Below are positions 27,621-38,396 of a DNA stretch of 64,000 nucleotides, one piece after another. Below the pieces are notes generated by a model. It was not told the DNA's origin, ran no database searches, and saw only the letters and a program-made list of their open reading frames with translations. The stretch is from Candidatus Saccharimonadales bacterium (GTDB lineage Bacteria > Patescibacteriota > Saccharimonadia > Saccharimonadales > UBA7683): positions 9,695 to 73,694 of the forward strand of contig JAXMAA010000003.1 in the NCBI GenBank assembly GCA_046350615.1. The letters run 5' to 3'. Position 1 is the first letter of the stretch. Each line of letters opens with the position of its first letter. The translations under genes and the position numbers were made by a program.

Positions 27621-27644
27621 AGTCTAAGCTCTGAGAACTAAGAT

Positions 27645-27968
27645 CTAGTTCATACGAATTTCGGCGTCGCAACCAGCTGGCAGGCTGAGGTTCATCAGGC
27701 TGTCGATAGTTTTTGGAGTTGGCTCTAAAATATCAATCAAGCGCTTGTGAACACGCATTTCAAACTGTTCCATACCTTTTTTGTACACGTGCGGGCTTTT
27801 TACTACTGTAAATTTGCTCTTACGAGTTGGCAAAGGAATTGGCCCGTTGACAGTAGCACCAGTTCTCAGTGCGGTATCAATAATCTGCTTCGCAGATTGG
27901 TCGATAATTTTATGGTCGTATGCCTTTAGGCGAATACGAATTTTTTGCTTTGGTGTAGCGTCAGCCAT
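27645..27968 (-). CDS. rpsJ: 30S ribosomal protein S10 (start at ATG 27968)
   Basis: [21 protein letters not shown]..., [20 protein letters not shown]. Confidence 0.95.
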   Translation of the reverse strand: MADATPKQKIRIRLKAYDHKIIDQSAKQIIDTALRTGATVNGPIPLPTRKSKFTVVKSPHVYKKGMEQFEMRVHKRLIDILEPTPKTIDSLMNLSLPAGCDAEIRMN

Positions 27969-28110
27969 TATGACTTCCCTTCTTGTGCTGTGATGTAACA
28001 TCTTTACAGGTCTATTGAGAGTACCCATAACGACTTTTCGTCACCACGTTTATATTGTGTGAGTAACTATACTGTACTTTGCTTCAAAAGGAAAGCATTA
28101 GCAGCATCTT

Positions 28111-28626
28111 CTATAGTCGACTTGCTTCAATAAATAATTCTATATCTCTTGGAGCTGGAAGTCCGATAACCAAACTTCCCAGTTTCTGCGCGTAATCTTG
28201 CGCCCAACTGAGCGCCCTATCGGATCCAAGCGTTTCCGGCGCATTAACTGTTGTAGCGAAGTTTCGACTGGAGTCGCAGAATTTAATAACATGCCCGAGC
28301 GGATGCGACCTTGCTTTGTCGACCTTATTGAGCGTATCAATACCATTTTGCCAAGTAACTGCCTCGACACCATCCGCAACAATAGGTGGAATTCCTAGTC
28401 TTGAAAGATCCTCGCGCCTTAGTACTGTGTCTTCTAGTACATCATGGAGTAAGCACCCTGCCACTACCTCGGGTGCATATCCGAGTAATTGAGCTAGCGA
28501 AGCCACTTCAATAGGATGTTCAATATATGGCAGGTCTCCATACTTTGCTCCGGTTGCCTCATGTGCTTCAAAGGCAATGTCGTAGGCAAGTTTGATCAAA
28601 GGGGTGTCTACATTAAGATTTCTCAT
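28111..28626 (-). CDS. HD-domain protein resembling the SpoT/RelA-type (p)ppGpp hydrolase domain
   Basis: AHEATGAKYGDLPYIEHPIEVA...LLHDVLEDT...VEAVTW follows the H..HD..ED pattern of the HD_4-type hydrolase domain; 171 aa, no synthetase domain. Confidence 0.6.
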   Translation of the reverse strand: MRNLNVDTPLIKLAYDIAFEAHEATGAKYGDLPYIEHPIEVASLAQLLGYAPEVVAGCLLHDVLEDTVLRREDLSRLGIPPIVADGVEAVTWQNGIDTLNKVDKARSHPLGHVIKFCDSSRNFATTVNAPETLGSDRALSWAQDYAQKLGSLVIGLPAPRDIELFIEASRL

Positions 28627-28668
28627 AAGTATATATTCGCATAATTATCCATCGTTAGCAAATGATTA

Positions 28669-28701
28669 CAAATAGAGCTGCTTTTATTGCAGCTCTATTT
28701 G
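28669..28701 (-). terminator. 13-bp perfect stem-loop downstream of tuf (possible terminator, weak U-tract)
   Basis: CAAATAGAGCTGC-TTTTATT-GCAGCTCTATTTG. Confidence 0.35.
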
Positions 28702-28742
28702 CTTACCAGATCCTTCGGCTGTGCTCAGGATGACAGGGTAAG

Positions 28743-29924
28743 TTATTTGGTGATGTTTGTTACAACACCTGCGCCAACTGTTCGGCCACCTTCACGGATT
28801 GCAAAAGTAAGACCTTGATCCATGGCAATTGGGGCGAGCAGTTTCACTTTGAAAGTGATTGTGTCACCTGGCATAACCATTTCTTTGTCGGCTGGAAGTT
28901 CAACCTCACCGGTTACATCAGTTGTACGGAAGTAGAACTGTGGCTTGTAACCTTTGAAGAATGGCGTGTGACGGCCACCCTCTTCTTTGGTAAGGATGTA
29001 CACTTCGGCATCAAATTCAGTGTGAGGTGTAATCGTACCAGGCTTTGCAATAACTTGGCCGCGTTCAATGTCATCGCGCTCAATACCACGAAGCAAGATA
29101 CCAGCGTTATCACCAGCTTGGCCCTGATCAAGAGATTTTTTGAAGGCCTCAATACCAGTTACAACAGACTTCTGGCTGTCTTTCACGCCAACGATTTCAA
29201 CTTCGTCGTTTACTTTTACGATACCAGTCTCAATACGACCAGTAGCAACGGTGCCACGACCTTTAATTGAGAACACATCCTCGATAGGCATCAAGAATGG
29301 CTTATCAAGATCACGAGTTGGTTCTGGTACGTAGTCGTCAAGAGCCTTAACGAGTTCCATAACAGCATCTTCGCTTGCTGGATCACCCTCAAGTGCTTTG
29401 GTGGCAGAGCCCTTGATGATAGGACAGTCACGGTCAAAGCCATTCTTTGCAAGCAGATCACGGATATCTTCTTCAACAAGTTCTACGAGCTCGGCATCAG
29501 CCAAGTCCATCTTGTTCATGAAGACAACAATTTTAGGTACACCAACTTGTTTTGCAAGCAGAACGTGTTCGCGGGTTTGTGGAAGTGGGCCATCATTAGC
29601 ACCAACCACCAAGATAGCGCCGTCGATCTGAGCAGCACCAGTAATCATATTCTTGACGTAGTCGGCGTGACCAGGCATATCAACGTGAGCGTAGTGGCGC
29701 TTTTCGCTTTCATACTCTTGGTGAGAAGTAGCGATGGTGATACCACGTTGCTTTTCTTCTGGTGCGTTGTCGATTTCGTCGTAGTTCTTTGGCTTGTTCA
29801 CATCGCTCGGAAGCTTCTTTGCCAATACGTGCGTAATCGCAGCGGTTAGTGTCGTTTTACCGTGGTCAACGTGGCCCATAGTACCAACGTTCACATGCGG
29901 TTTTGTTCGGTCAAAATCTGCCAT
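28743..29924 (-). CDS. tuf: elongation factor Tu
   Basis: [22 protein letters not shown]; 393 aa. Confidence 0.98.
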   Translation of the reverse strand: MADFDRTKPHVNVGTMGHVDHGKTTLTAAITHVLAKKLPSDVNKPKNYDEIDNAPEEKQRGITIATSHQEYESEKRHYAHVDMPGHADYVKNMITGAAQIDGAILVVGANDGPLPQTREHVLLAKQVGVPKIVVFMNKMDLADAELVELVEEDIRDLLAKNGFDRDCPIIKGSATKALEGDPASEDAVMELVKALDDYVPEPTRDLDKPFLMPIEDVFSIKGRGTVATGRIETGIVKVNDEVEIVGVKDSQKSVVTGIEAFKKSLDQGQAGDNAGILLRGIERDDIERGQVIAKPGTITPHTEFDAEVYILTKEEGGRHTPFFKGYKPQFYFRTTDVTGEVELPADKEMVMPGDTITFKVKLLAPIAMDQGLTFAIREGGRTVGAGVVTNITK

Positions 29925-30103
29925 CGAGATTTCTCCTTTTACCCTGAGCTTGTCTAAGGGTTAACCCTAAAGCTCAATTAATAATATTCATTTTGTCACG
30001 CGGTCCTTATTGCGAGTTTCCACTCCAGCAAAACCCTCACGCGAGATACTGTAGTAGTATAAAGCATTTCGTATCTGGTAGCAAGCAATCTCGGGCGAAT
30101 TCG

Positions 30104-30775
30104 CTACCTTATGGCACTATCTATAAATGCGCCTGCTAGTTCTCGAACATCATTCTCGACGCCTGAAAGCCCATTGTATATCTCATTTACTCCAATAGCG
30201 ATAGATGCTACCGAAAACTCTCCTTTGGGTTGCCTGATTAGCTCATCATACCCGAAACGCGTGCTGTTTGGCCCGATCAGGGGAACCACGAGCTCACGGC
30301 CTTCAAGAGTGACTGGGGCGGCCTTTCTCGGCGAGATTTTATGTGGCTTCCATCCATGAACTAAGCGAAAGGAGGCACCTAAATGATGGCCTAAAGGGTT
30401 GCTTTTTTCGTCACCAAAGAGGGTTGCGCTAAATGATACGAATGGATCGTCACCAACAATTCCCATGCACTGCAGTTTCGTTTCGGCCGGCAGACTAAAG
30501 TAAGGATTAGTGCCTAAGGTTCTATCGACAAAAACAGCAACCAGAGAGCCTGGCTTTATTTGTGCCAGCCTCCCTAGCCGTTCTGTTGTCTCTGGGTAAA
30601 CTGCAGCAAATTGGCCATTAGTTGCGAGAAATATGAAATCTTTGAGTTCGCACGTGTCACCAGCCGCAAGCCGAGCTGCTGCCGCAGATATCGCCTCTCT
30701 TCGCTCAGTCTCTGCTTTAACCGTAGTCTCTTTGCTTGCTGCTAAAATTTCAGCGATACTTTGAGCTTGTGTCAT
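30104..30775 (-). CDS. hypothetical 223-aa protein inserted between fusA and tuf
   Basis: GGAGA SD 4 nt upstream; TATACT box about 25 nt upstream; no motif recognised. Confidence 0.6.
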   Translation of the reverse strand: MTQAQSIAEILAASKETTVKAETERREAISAAAARLAAGDTCELKDFIFLATNGQFAAVYPETTERLGRLAQIKPGSLVAVFVDRTLGTNPYFSLPAETKLQCMGIVGDDPFVSFSATLFGDEKSNPLGHHLGASFRLVHGWKPHKISPRKAAPVTLEGRELVVPLIGPNSTRFGYDELIRQPKGEFSVASIAIGVNEIYNGLSGVENDVRELAGAFIDSAIR

Positions 30776-31016
30776 GTGTTCTCCGATAAATTTTAGCTAG
30801 TATAGCTTACCGAAAACAATATCTGCAACCATAAGAACTAGAATATATCTGGTGTAGGTAAGCTAGATATGGCTGACAGATGTATGTGATACTGTCTAGA
30901 CTGGACCGATCTTTCGACCTTACCCAAGATAGCACCATTTCGCTGACACTAAACACTTATTTAGCAGCGCTTGGTTGTGTAGGTGCTTTGCATTAGGAAG
31001 ATCTTAGATCTGTAGC

Positions 31017-33104
31017 CTACTTTGAGCGGTTAGCAATGACGGCTTCGGCTACGTTCGGTGGAACTTCGGCATAGTGGTCGAGCTCCATAGTCGAGCTGGC
31101 GCGGCCTTGGGTCATTGAACGGATGTCGGTAGTATAGCCGAACATCTCGGCTAGTGGTACGAAGGCTAGGATAACTTTAGCTTGTGAGCGGTCTTCCATG
31201 CTCTCAACACGGCCGCGGCGAGAGTTTAGGTCGCCAATAACATCACCCATGAATTCTTCAGGCGTAACAACCTCTACCTTCATGACTGGCTCCAACAGTA
31301 CTGGAGCGCCTTGTTTTACACCACTTTGTAGTGCCATTGAACCGGCGATTTTAAAGGCCATTTCGTTGGAGTCAACATCGTGGTAGCTACCGTCGTAAAG
31401 TTCGGCAGTAAGATCTACTACCGGATATCCGGCAATAACACCATTGCCCATCGCCTCTTTAATACCGGCCTCAACAGGTTTAACGTATTCCTGCGGAACC
31501 ACACCACCCTTAATAGAGTTAATAAACTCAAATCCCTTGCCAGGCTCTTGTGGGGCAAGGCGGAGCCAAACATCACCGTATTGACCACGACCACCCGATT
31601 GCTTGATAAATTTACCCTGAACTTCAATAGTCTTTTTGATAGTTTCGCGGTAAGCAACCTGTGGCTGGCCAATGTTAGCCTCTACGCTAAACTCACGCTT
31701 CATACGGTCTACCAGGATCTCAAGGTGAAGCTCACCCATACCAGAAATAATAGTTTGACCGGTTTCTTCATCGGAGTGTACGCGGAATGTTGGATCTTCT
31801 TCAGCAAGACGTTGCAGAGCTAGAGCCATTTTTTCTTGGTCGGCCTTAGTTTTTGGCTCAATTGCGATTGAAACCGGCGGCTCTGGGAACTCAATACTCT
31901 CTAGAATGATCGGATTGTTAATGTCGCACAATGTGTTACCGGTGGTAACCTTTTTGAGTCCTACGATCGCGGCAATATCACCTGCTTCTACAAAATCAAC
32001 ATCTTCTCGCTTATCAGCGTGCATACGAACTACGCGGCCAACACGTTCTTTCTCACCAGTCGTGCTGTTGTAGATGTATGAACCCGCTTCAATCTTACCG
32101 GAATAAACGCGGAAGAAGCAGAGCTTACCCATGAATGGATCGGTTGCAATTTTAAAGGCCAGGCCGGCAAATGGCTGTTCGTTAGCAGGCTTGCGTTCGA
32201 TTTCATCACCACTCTTAGGGTGCGTACCCCAAACCGAGCCACGATCGATTGGGCTTGGCAAGAACTCGGTCATGAGATCAAGAACTTTTTCTACAATCAC
32301 ACCACGACCGTCTCCACCAGTTACTAAGAATAGTTCGCCGGAAAGCACGCCTTTACGGAGCGCTGCTCGGAACTCTTCGTTAGAGATGGCTTCTTCACCT
32401 TCCTCAAGGAACTTCATCATGAGGTCGTCATCGTGTTCAACGGCTGCTTCAAGGAGCAGTGAGCGAGCATGCTTGGCTTTTTCTTGTAGGTCTTCAGGGA
32501 TTTCACCTTCAACTAAGGCTTTGTCGTGATACTCGGTATAGGTATAAGCCTTCATATCGAGCAAATCAACAACGCCATTGATGCTTTGCTCAAAACCGAT
32601 TGGAATGTGAACAGCAAAAGCTTTTTTAGTTAGTCGAGCGTGAATAGTCTCCAGAGATTTCCAGAAGTCACCACCGGTTTGGTTGATTTTATTGATAAAG
32701 CAAACGCGCGGAACACCGTACTTATCAGCCTGACGCCATACAGTTTCAGACTGTGATTCCACACCCATTTTACCGTCAAAGACGGTTACTGCGCCGTCAA
32801 GCACACGAAGTGATCGTTCTACCTCAACGGTAAAGTCGATGTGGCCTGGGGTGTCGATAATATTGATTTGGTGGTCTTTCCAGAAACAGGTTACGGCAGC
32901 AGAGGTAATGGTAATACCTCGCTCTTTCTCCTGCTCCATCCAGTCGGTGGTAGCGCCATCGCCTTCACCGCGTACCACACCAATTTTGTGGTTAATACCT
33001 GTTCGATACAAAATACCTTCAGTTGTGGTAGTTTTACCGGCATCAATATGCGCGATAATACCCACATTCCTAAGTTTTGCTAAATCTAATTTCTTCGTCG
33101 CCAT
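31017..33104 (-). CDS. fusA: elongation factor G
   Basis: [25 protein letters not shown]; 695 aa. Confidence 0.98.
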   Translation of the reverse strand: MATKKLDLAKLRNVGIIAHIDAGKTTTTEGILYRTGINHKIGVVRGEGDGATTDWMEQEKERGITITSAAVTCFWKDHQINIIDTPGHIDFTVEVERSLRVLDGAVTVFDGKMGVESQSETVWRQADKYGVPRVCFINKINQTGGDFWKSLETIHARLTKKAFAVHIPIGFEQSINGVVDLLDMKAYTYTEYHDKALVEGEIPEDLQEKAKHARSLLLEAAVEHDDDLMMKFLEEGEEAISNEEFRAALRKGVLSGELFLVTGGDGRGVIVEKVLDLMTEFLPSPIDRGSVWGTHPKSGDEIERKPANEQPFAGLAFKIATDPFMGKLCFFRVYSGKIEAGSYIYNSTTGEKERVGRVVRMHADKREDVDFVEAGDIAAIVGLKKVTTGNTLCDINNPIILESIEFPEPPVSIAIEPKTKADQEKMALALQRLAEEDPTFRVHSDEETGQTIISGMGELHLEILVDRMKREFSVEANIGQPQVAYRETIKKTIEVQGKFIKQSGGRGQYGDVWLRLAPQEPGKGFEFINSIKGGVVPQEYVKPVEAGIKEAMGNGVIAGYPVVDLTAELYDGSYHDVDSNEMAFKIAGSMALQSGVKQGAPVLLEPVMKVEVVTPEEFMGDVIGDLNSRRGRVESMEDRSQAKVILAFVPLAEMFGYTTDIRSMTQGRASSTMELDHYAEVPPNVAEAVIANRSK

Positions 33105-33115
33105 AGCTCTCCCTC

Positions 33116-33475
33116 TTAATTATCAAATGGTGATCTTACTTCTTGTATATTAGTTCCACCTTTTAAAATGCCATTAACTGCTAAATCTGCTGAAAGCTCA
33201 GAGAGTAGGTCGCTATTTGGACATATCCCATCTACCATTCCACCACAGGCTGCCCGTATGCAAACCCTAGATGGTACACGCCTAGCTCTTAAGGATAAAC
33301 GAGTACTTCTGTCGTGGTCCTCCGCTGAAGTTATATGAACTGGCACTCCAGCGTAACGAGTATCTATTCTATAAGTAAGCTCACCTGCCTCGCTCGCGAA
33401 GAGGTCGTTAGTGACTACTGGTGCGAACGCACAATCTGGAGAGCAGCCGAGAGAGATTTCAACGCTTGCCGCCAT
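33116..33475 (-). CDS. hypothetical 120-aa Cys-containing protein inserted between rpsG and fusA
   Basis: ATG 33475 follows the rpsG stop after 1 nt (TAAgATG), AAGG SD inside rpsG; ends 11 nt before fusA; 5 Cys; ORF-track start overlaps rpsG by 98 nt. Confidence 0.55.
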   Translation of the reverse strand: MAASVEISLGCSPDCAFAPVVTNDLFASEAGELTYRIDTRYAGVPVHITSAEDHDRSTRLSLRARRVPSRVCIRAACGGMVDGICPNSDLLSELSADLAVNGILKGGTNIQEVRSPFDN

Positions 33476-33476
33476 C

Positions 33477-33956
33477 TTAGAACCTTGCGAAGTGGGCAAA
33501 GGCGCGGTTTGCTTCGGCCATCTTGTGAGTGTCTTCACGCTTTTTAACGGCTGCACCGGCTTGGTTGTGGGCATCTACAATCTCGTTGGCCATTCGCTGC
33601 CAGTATGGCATGCCTTTGCGCGCGCGAGCAGCGGCCACAAACCACATTAAACCAAGGTGGATTTTGCGGTGGCCCTCAACAGGAAACGGTACTTGGTAGT
33701 TTGCACCACCGACACGGCGAGATTTAACTTCTACACCTGGGAAAACGTTCGCAAGTGCTTGTTCGAGTACCTCAATTGGATCCTCAACTTTAACTTTTTT
33801 AGCGGCTTCTTCCATAGCTTTATAGATAGCAGCTTCAGCTGAAGCCTTTTTACCATCTACCATGCTCCGGTTGATTAAGCGCTGTACCAGAACTGAGTTG
33901 TACTTGCGGTCTGGTTGAATATTTCGAATCAGTGATTTGGTCTTTTTGCGCGGCAT
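33477..33956 (-). CDS. rpsG: 30S ribosomal protein S7
   Basis: SRRVGGANYQVPFPV, KREDTHKMAEANRAFAHF. Confidence 0.97.
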   Translation of the reverse strand: MPRKKTKSLIRNIQPDRKYNSVLVQRLINRSMVDGKKASAEAAIYKAMEEAAKKVKVEDPIEVLEQALANVFPGVEVKSRRVGGANYQVPFPVEGHRKIHLGLMWFVAAARARKGMPYWQRMANEIVDAHNQAGAAVKKREDTHKMAEANRAFAHFARF

Positions 33957-34369
33957 TATTTACCTGCTTTCTTGGCACCGTACTTAGAACGGCTCTGTTT
34001 TCTATCGGCAACACCTTGTAAATCAAGGTTACCGCGGACAATGTGGTAGCGAACGCCTGGAAGATCTGGCACGCGTCCACCGCGAACAAGCACTACGGCG
34101 TGTTCCTGGAGGTTGTGGCCTTCACCACCAATGTATGCCCATACTTCATGACCGTTTGAAAGTCTTACACGAGCAACCTTACGGAGCGCTGAGTTAGGTT
34201 TGCGCGGGGTTTTAGTGGTTACTTTAATACAGACACCGCGTTTGAACGGGGCAGGCTTTTCGTAACTCTTTACCTTGAGAGTGTTATTCACCTTGCGTAG
34301 TGCAGCGGTTTTCACCTTGTTGCCGCTACTACTGCGAGGTTTTCGCACGAGTTGGTTGATTGTTGGCAT
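33956..34369 (-). CDS. rpsL: 30S ribosomal protein S12
   Basis: [41 protein letters not shown]. Confidence 0.98.
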   Translation of the reverse strand: MPTINQLVRKPRSSSGNKVKTAALRKVNNTLKVKSYEKPAPFKRGVCIKVTTKTPRKPNSALRKVARVRLSNGHEVWAYIGGEGHNLQEHAVVLVRGGRVPDLPGVRYHIVRGNLDLQGVADRKQSRSKYGAKKAGK

Positions 34370-34556
34370 GTATAAAAATTCTCCGGAATTTTTATAGTGA
34401 TGAGTGCGAAGTGTTTAGTGATTAGTACTCAGCACTTCCTAATAACTTTCACTTTTTACTGACCACATTGTTAATATATGAAACTCTTTAGTTAGATTGT
34501 AACAGTTTTGGGGCTGGAAGGCAACCTCTATCTCACCTAACCTCTAGGCCCGTCTC

Positions 34557-34584
34557 TGTCATTCCCGCGAAGGCGGGAATGACA
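34557..34584. other. perfect 12-bp stem-loop 10 nt downstream of rpoC
   Basis: TGTCATTCCCGC-GAAG-GCGGGAATGACA; no adjacent U-tract. Confidence 0.5.
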
Positions 34585-34594
34585 ACGTGAATGT

Positions 34595-37500
34595 TTACAG
34601 CGAGGCTTCGTCGTTTTGGACTACACCGGTTCCAACTGGAATCTTGCGGCCGATGATGACGTTTTCCTTCAAACCGTAGAGTCGGTCTACGCGGCCACTG
34701 GTTGCGGCGTTGATAAGCACGCGGGTAGTATCTTGGAATGATGCGGCCGAGAGGAAGCTATCGCTCCATGTTGAAACTTTAGCAATACCCAGAAGTAATT
34801 GACTAAACTCGGCAGGCTCTTTACCTTCGGCAACAAGCTTAGCGTTTTCTTCAATAACAGCTGCTTTGCTGACAATATCACCGGTAACAAAGAGTGTATC
34901 GCCGCTATCTTCAATCTGAACACGACTAAACATTTGACGAACGATGATCTCAAGATGCTGATCGGCAAGATCTACACCTTGCTGCGCAAACATTCCCAGA
35001 ATCTCGTTAATAATGTAACGCTGCGTTTCTTCAACACCACGAAGCCGCATTAGATCATGCAAGTTCAGCGAACCATTTGTGAGGCGATCGCCAGCCTTAA
35101 CAGTGTCGCCATCTTGAACGGTAACAACTTTGGTAGCGGGCACCTCATACTTCACCGGCGCAGTGTGATGCGCGGTTAAGATTGCGCTGGTTTTGGTGAA
35201 TTCCACGGTGGCTGCAAATGGAGCAACTAGTGGTCGATCACCGTCCTTATCAGAGGCAATAACATCACCAGCTAGAATCTCGGTTCCGCTCTTAATTTGT
35301 GGCTTACGCTTTTCAAGTGGCAGTTCTTCAACCTTGGCGTCTGTTGGACTAACTTGCACTACGTAGTGATTGCCATCTTCCCAGACGTTTACTGTGCCAT
35401 CGAGCTCGCTTAGGAACGCCTGAGAACGAGGTACACGAGCTTCAAGAAGCTCCTCAACACGCGGCAAACCCTGGGTCACATCCTCGGAGAGGGCGGCACC
35501 AGCGGTGTGCTTAGTGCGCATAGTGAGTTGGGTTCCTGGCTCACCAACAGATTGAGCGGCAATAACGCCAACCGGCTGGAATGGCTTTACCACCTCGCCA
35601 GTTGCCATATCTATACCGTAACTCTTCGGACTGATGCCACGAAGATTGGCGGCCGATAGCACGCTTCTGATACGAACCTCATTTAGATCACTTGTATCTA
35701 TCTGTGTAGCAACCTCTTCAGTAATGAGCTCGTTCGCTGCAACAACTAGCTTGCTAGCAATAGTTACATCTTCAGCAGCAAAACGGCCGCTTAAGCGAAC
35801 ACCAAAGTTCATACCAAGGCTTTCAGTTTCTGCTCGGTTCATCACCAAGCCTTTGTCTTCCCCATCTTCTGAAACAGTAAAGACATCCTGTGCAACATCT
35901 ACCATACGACGAGTTAAGTAACCTGAATCGGCGGTACGCAGTGCAGTGTCGATCAAACCTTTGCGAGAACCACGTGTATCCACAAAGTATTCAATTGGGG
36001 TAAGGCCTTTTTTGTAGTTATTTCTAATTGGAAGCTCAACTTCGCGACCAACCGCATCCACAACAAGTCCCTTCATGCCGGACACCTGTTTGATCTGAGA
36101 TGTTGAACCTCGAGCACCAGAGATCATTGCAATGCTAATGCCCGTATCAACCTCATTATATGCATCAACCAGTTTAGCCTGCGCTTTTTCATCAACCTCA
36201 CGCCAGTTATTCACGGTGAGACGATATCGTTCTTCTTCAGTAATCAAGCCTTGCTCGTACTGATCAGAGATAGCCGAAGCCTTTTCTTCACCAGCACCAA
36301 TGAGTTCGTCAAGACCATCAAGATCGATATAGTCATCCATACCGGTTGAAATACCTGCAAACGTTGCGTAACTAAAGCCAAGGCGTTTTAGCTCATCGGC
36401 AATTTGTGCGGTCGTATCTGCACCGTACTGCGCAAACACACGGCCCATAACACTAACTAGCTTCTTCTTGCTCATAGCTTCGTTCTGGAATGTAAAATCT
36501 TCAGGGAAGATTGCGTTAAACAGTAGGCGGCCAACTGTTGTTTCAACAGTTTGGCCACGGAAGCTCGTTCGCACACGACTTTGCAATTTCAGCTTACCTG
36601 ATTCAAGTGCCATGATTGCTTCGTCTATATTAGCCATAGGTGTAACTGCGTCAGTTGTAACCTCAGGCTTCTCGTACGTTAGGTAATAGCAACCAAGTAC
36701 AATATCTTGTTCGATGTGCAAAATTGGAGAACCATCAGCAGGTTTAAGCAGGTTTTTGCTTGCTTGCATAAGCTCTTGGGCCTCTTTTTGAGCAACACTT
36801 GAAAGCGGTAAGTGCACAGCCATTTGATCACCATCAAAGTCGGCATTGAAACCCTTACAAACAAGTGGGTGTAGTTGAATTGCCTTGCCTTCAATCAATT
36901 TTGGTTTGAAAGAAAGGATTGAAAGACGATGTAACGTTGGCGCACGGTTGAGAAGTACGTATTTACCTTGAATAACGTCGTCAAGTGCATCCCAAATAAC
37001 ACTCTCATTGGCTTCAATCAAACGAGTCGCGCTCTTAATATTATGGGCGTATTCGCGCTCCATAAGCCAACCAATCACAAATGGTTTGAAGAGTTCCAGC
37101 GCCATAAGCTTTGGAAGCCCACATTCATCAATTTTCAGTTCTGGGCCAGCAACAATGACGCTACGACCAGAATAGTCCACACGCTTACCGAGTAGGTTCT
37201 GACGGAATCGGCCCTGCTTACCTTTCAGCTGATCGCTCAAAGACTTCAGGCGTCGGCGACCACCAGTTGCGCTTACTGCACGACCAGAGCGAGCCGCTGA
37301 GTTATCAATGAGTGCATCTACCGCCTCTTGCAGCATTCGTTGTTCGTTTCGGCGAATAACCTCTGGAGCGTTCAAGTCCATTAGCTTCTTTAGGCGATTA
37401 TTACGGTTAATAACGCGACGATACAAATCGTTCATGTCACTTGTCGCGAAACGACCACCTGTTAGTTGCACCATTGGACGAAGATCGGGAGGAATAACCG

Positions 37501-38395
37501 GCAAGATACTGACGCACATGCTGCCCGGGTCAACTCCGGCGCTTTGCATGCCTTCAAGCATCTTAAGTCGCTTCATAAGCTTCTTTTTGCGCTGACCCTT
37601 CGCTCCTTCAACTTCCTCACCAAGTTCGGCAATTAATGCGTCGAGCTTAATTTCATCAAGCAATTTCTGTAGTGCCATACCTCCCATACCAACCTCAGCA
37701 ATATCTTGATACTCATCAGGCATTGCCCGATAGTCAGTTTCAGAGATAAGACCGGCCTTAGAAAGAGAATCGAGCTGCTGTTTTTTAGTGAGATATTGGC
37801 TTGTAACTTCATCTATTTCTTTGCTCTGAGCCTCCGCAAGTGCCTTAATATCGGCGCCTTCAACTTCTGCCTCTTTTTCCATACGTGCTTTGATTGCAAC
37901 TTTGGCTGCCTCAAGCTCAGCCTCGGCATCTGCCAAAAGCTGTTCTTTTTTAGTTTCATCAACCGAGATAATCACATAGGAAGCAAAGTACACAATTCGT
38001 TCAAGGTTCTTAACCGTAATGTTAAGCAACAGGCCAATTGGGCTCGGCGTGCCACGTAGAAACCAGATATGAGCAACTGGCGCTGCCAAGCTAATGTGCC
38101 CCATGCGTTCTCGGCGAACAATTGATTTAGTAACGAGCTCTCCATTTTTATCAACAGCAGCCTCGCGCGAGCGAACCCCTTTGTATTTTGCATCGTGTGG
38201 ATTGATATCTTTAACTGGGCCAAAAATGCGTTCACAGAATAGACCATCACGCTCAGGTTTTTGAGTACGATAGTTGATGGTTTCTGGTTTTGTGACTTCG
38301 CCGTAACTCCAGTCGAGAACATCACTTGGGCTCGCAACAACAAGTCGCACTGCGTCGAAATCAGTTATTGTGGTAGTGAATAAACCTGGTCTCAT
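34595..38395 (-). CDS. rpoC: DNA-directed RNA polymerase subunit beta-prime
   Basis: 1266 aa; [12 protein letters not shown] catalytic motif. Confidence 0.98.
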   Translation of the reverse strand: MRPGLFTTTITDFDAVRLVVASPSDVLDWSYGEVTKPETINYRTQKPERDGLFCERIFGPVKDINPHDAKYKGVRSREAAVDKNGELVTKSIVRRERMGHISLAAPVAHIWFLRGTPSPIGLLLNITVKNLERIVYFASYVIISVDETKKEQLLADAEAELEAAKVAIKARMEKEAEVEGADIKALAEAQSKEIDEVTSQYLTKKQQLDSLSKAGLISETDYRAMPDEYQDIAEVGMGGMALQKLLDEIKLDALIAELGEEVEGAKGQRKKKLMKRLKMLEGMQSAGVDPGSMCVSILPVIPPDLRPMVQLTGGRFATSDMNDLYRRVINRNNRLKKLMDLNAPEVIRRNEQRMLQEAVDALIDNSAARSGRAVSATGGRRRLKSLSDQLKGKQGRFRQNLLGKRVDYSGRSVIVAGPELKIDECGLPKLMALELFKPFVIGWLMEREYAHNIKSATRLIEANESVIWDALDDVIQGKYVLLNRAPTLHRLSILSFKPKLIEGKAIQLHPLVCKGFNADFDGDQMAVHLPLSSVAQKEAQELMQASKNLLKPADGSPILHIEQDIVLGCYYLTYEKPEVTTDAVTPMANIDEAIMALESGKLKLQSRVRTSFRGQTVETTVGRLLFNAIFPEDFTFQNEAMSKKKLVSVMGRVFAQYGADTTAQIADELKRLGFSYATFAGISTGMDDYIDLDGLDELIGAGEEKASAISDQYEQGLITEEERYRLTVNNWREVDEKAQAKLVDAYNEVDTGISIAMISGARGSTSQIKQVSGMKGLVVDAVGREVELPIRNNYKKGLTPIEYFVDTRGSRKGLIDTALRTADSGYLTRRMVDVAQDVFTVSEDGEDKGLVMNRAETESLGMNFGVRLSGRFAAEDVTIASKLVVAANELITEEVATQIDTSDLNEVRIRSVLSAANLRGISPKSYGIDMATGEVVKPFQPVGVIAAQSVGEPGTQLTMRTKHTAGAALSEDVTQGLPRVEELLEARVPRSQAFLSELDGTVNVWEDGNHYVVQVSPTDAKVEELPLEKRKPQIKSGTEILAGDVIASDKDGDRPLVAPFAATVEFTKTSAILTAHHTAPVKYEVPATKVVTVQDGDTVKAGDRLTNGSLNLHDLMRLRGVEETQRYIINEILGMFAQQGVDLADQHLEIIVRQMFSRVQIEDSGDTLFVTGDIVSKAAVIEENAKLVAEGKEPAEFSQLLLGIAKVSTWSDSFLSAASFQDTTRVLINAATSGRVDRLYGLKENVIIGRKIPVGTGVVQNDEASL

Positions 38396-38396
38396 A

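Noticed and set aside
23049-33475. Claiming the operon-inserted ORFs are compositionally foreign (horizontal transfer)
   Set aside because: Quick hand counts gave roughly 43-52% GC for the inserts, against about 50% or more for sampled ribosomal genes. This is not clearly distinct, and I cannot compute codon statistics here, so no HGT claim is made.
33476-33574. N-terminal extensions offered by the ORF track (this ORF, plus rpsS to 23107, rpsJ to 28028, rpsE to 18070, rplP to 21784, clpP to 43393, tyrS to 61539, and others)
   Set aside because: The extensions overlap the upstream gene or regulatory elements and add non-homologous residues. Internal ATGs align with conserved protein N-termini and have SDs or promoter boxes.
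31380-38343. Long antisense ORFs inside fusA, rpoC and rpoB (for example 31380-31823, 32131-32529, 37972-38343, 37706-38059)
   Set aside because: They lie entirely within highly conserved genes on the opposite strand and have low-complexity or atypical composition, so they are shadow ORFs.
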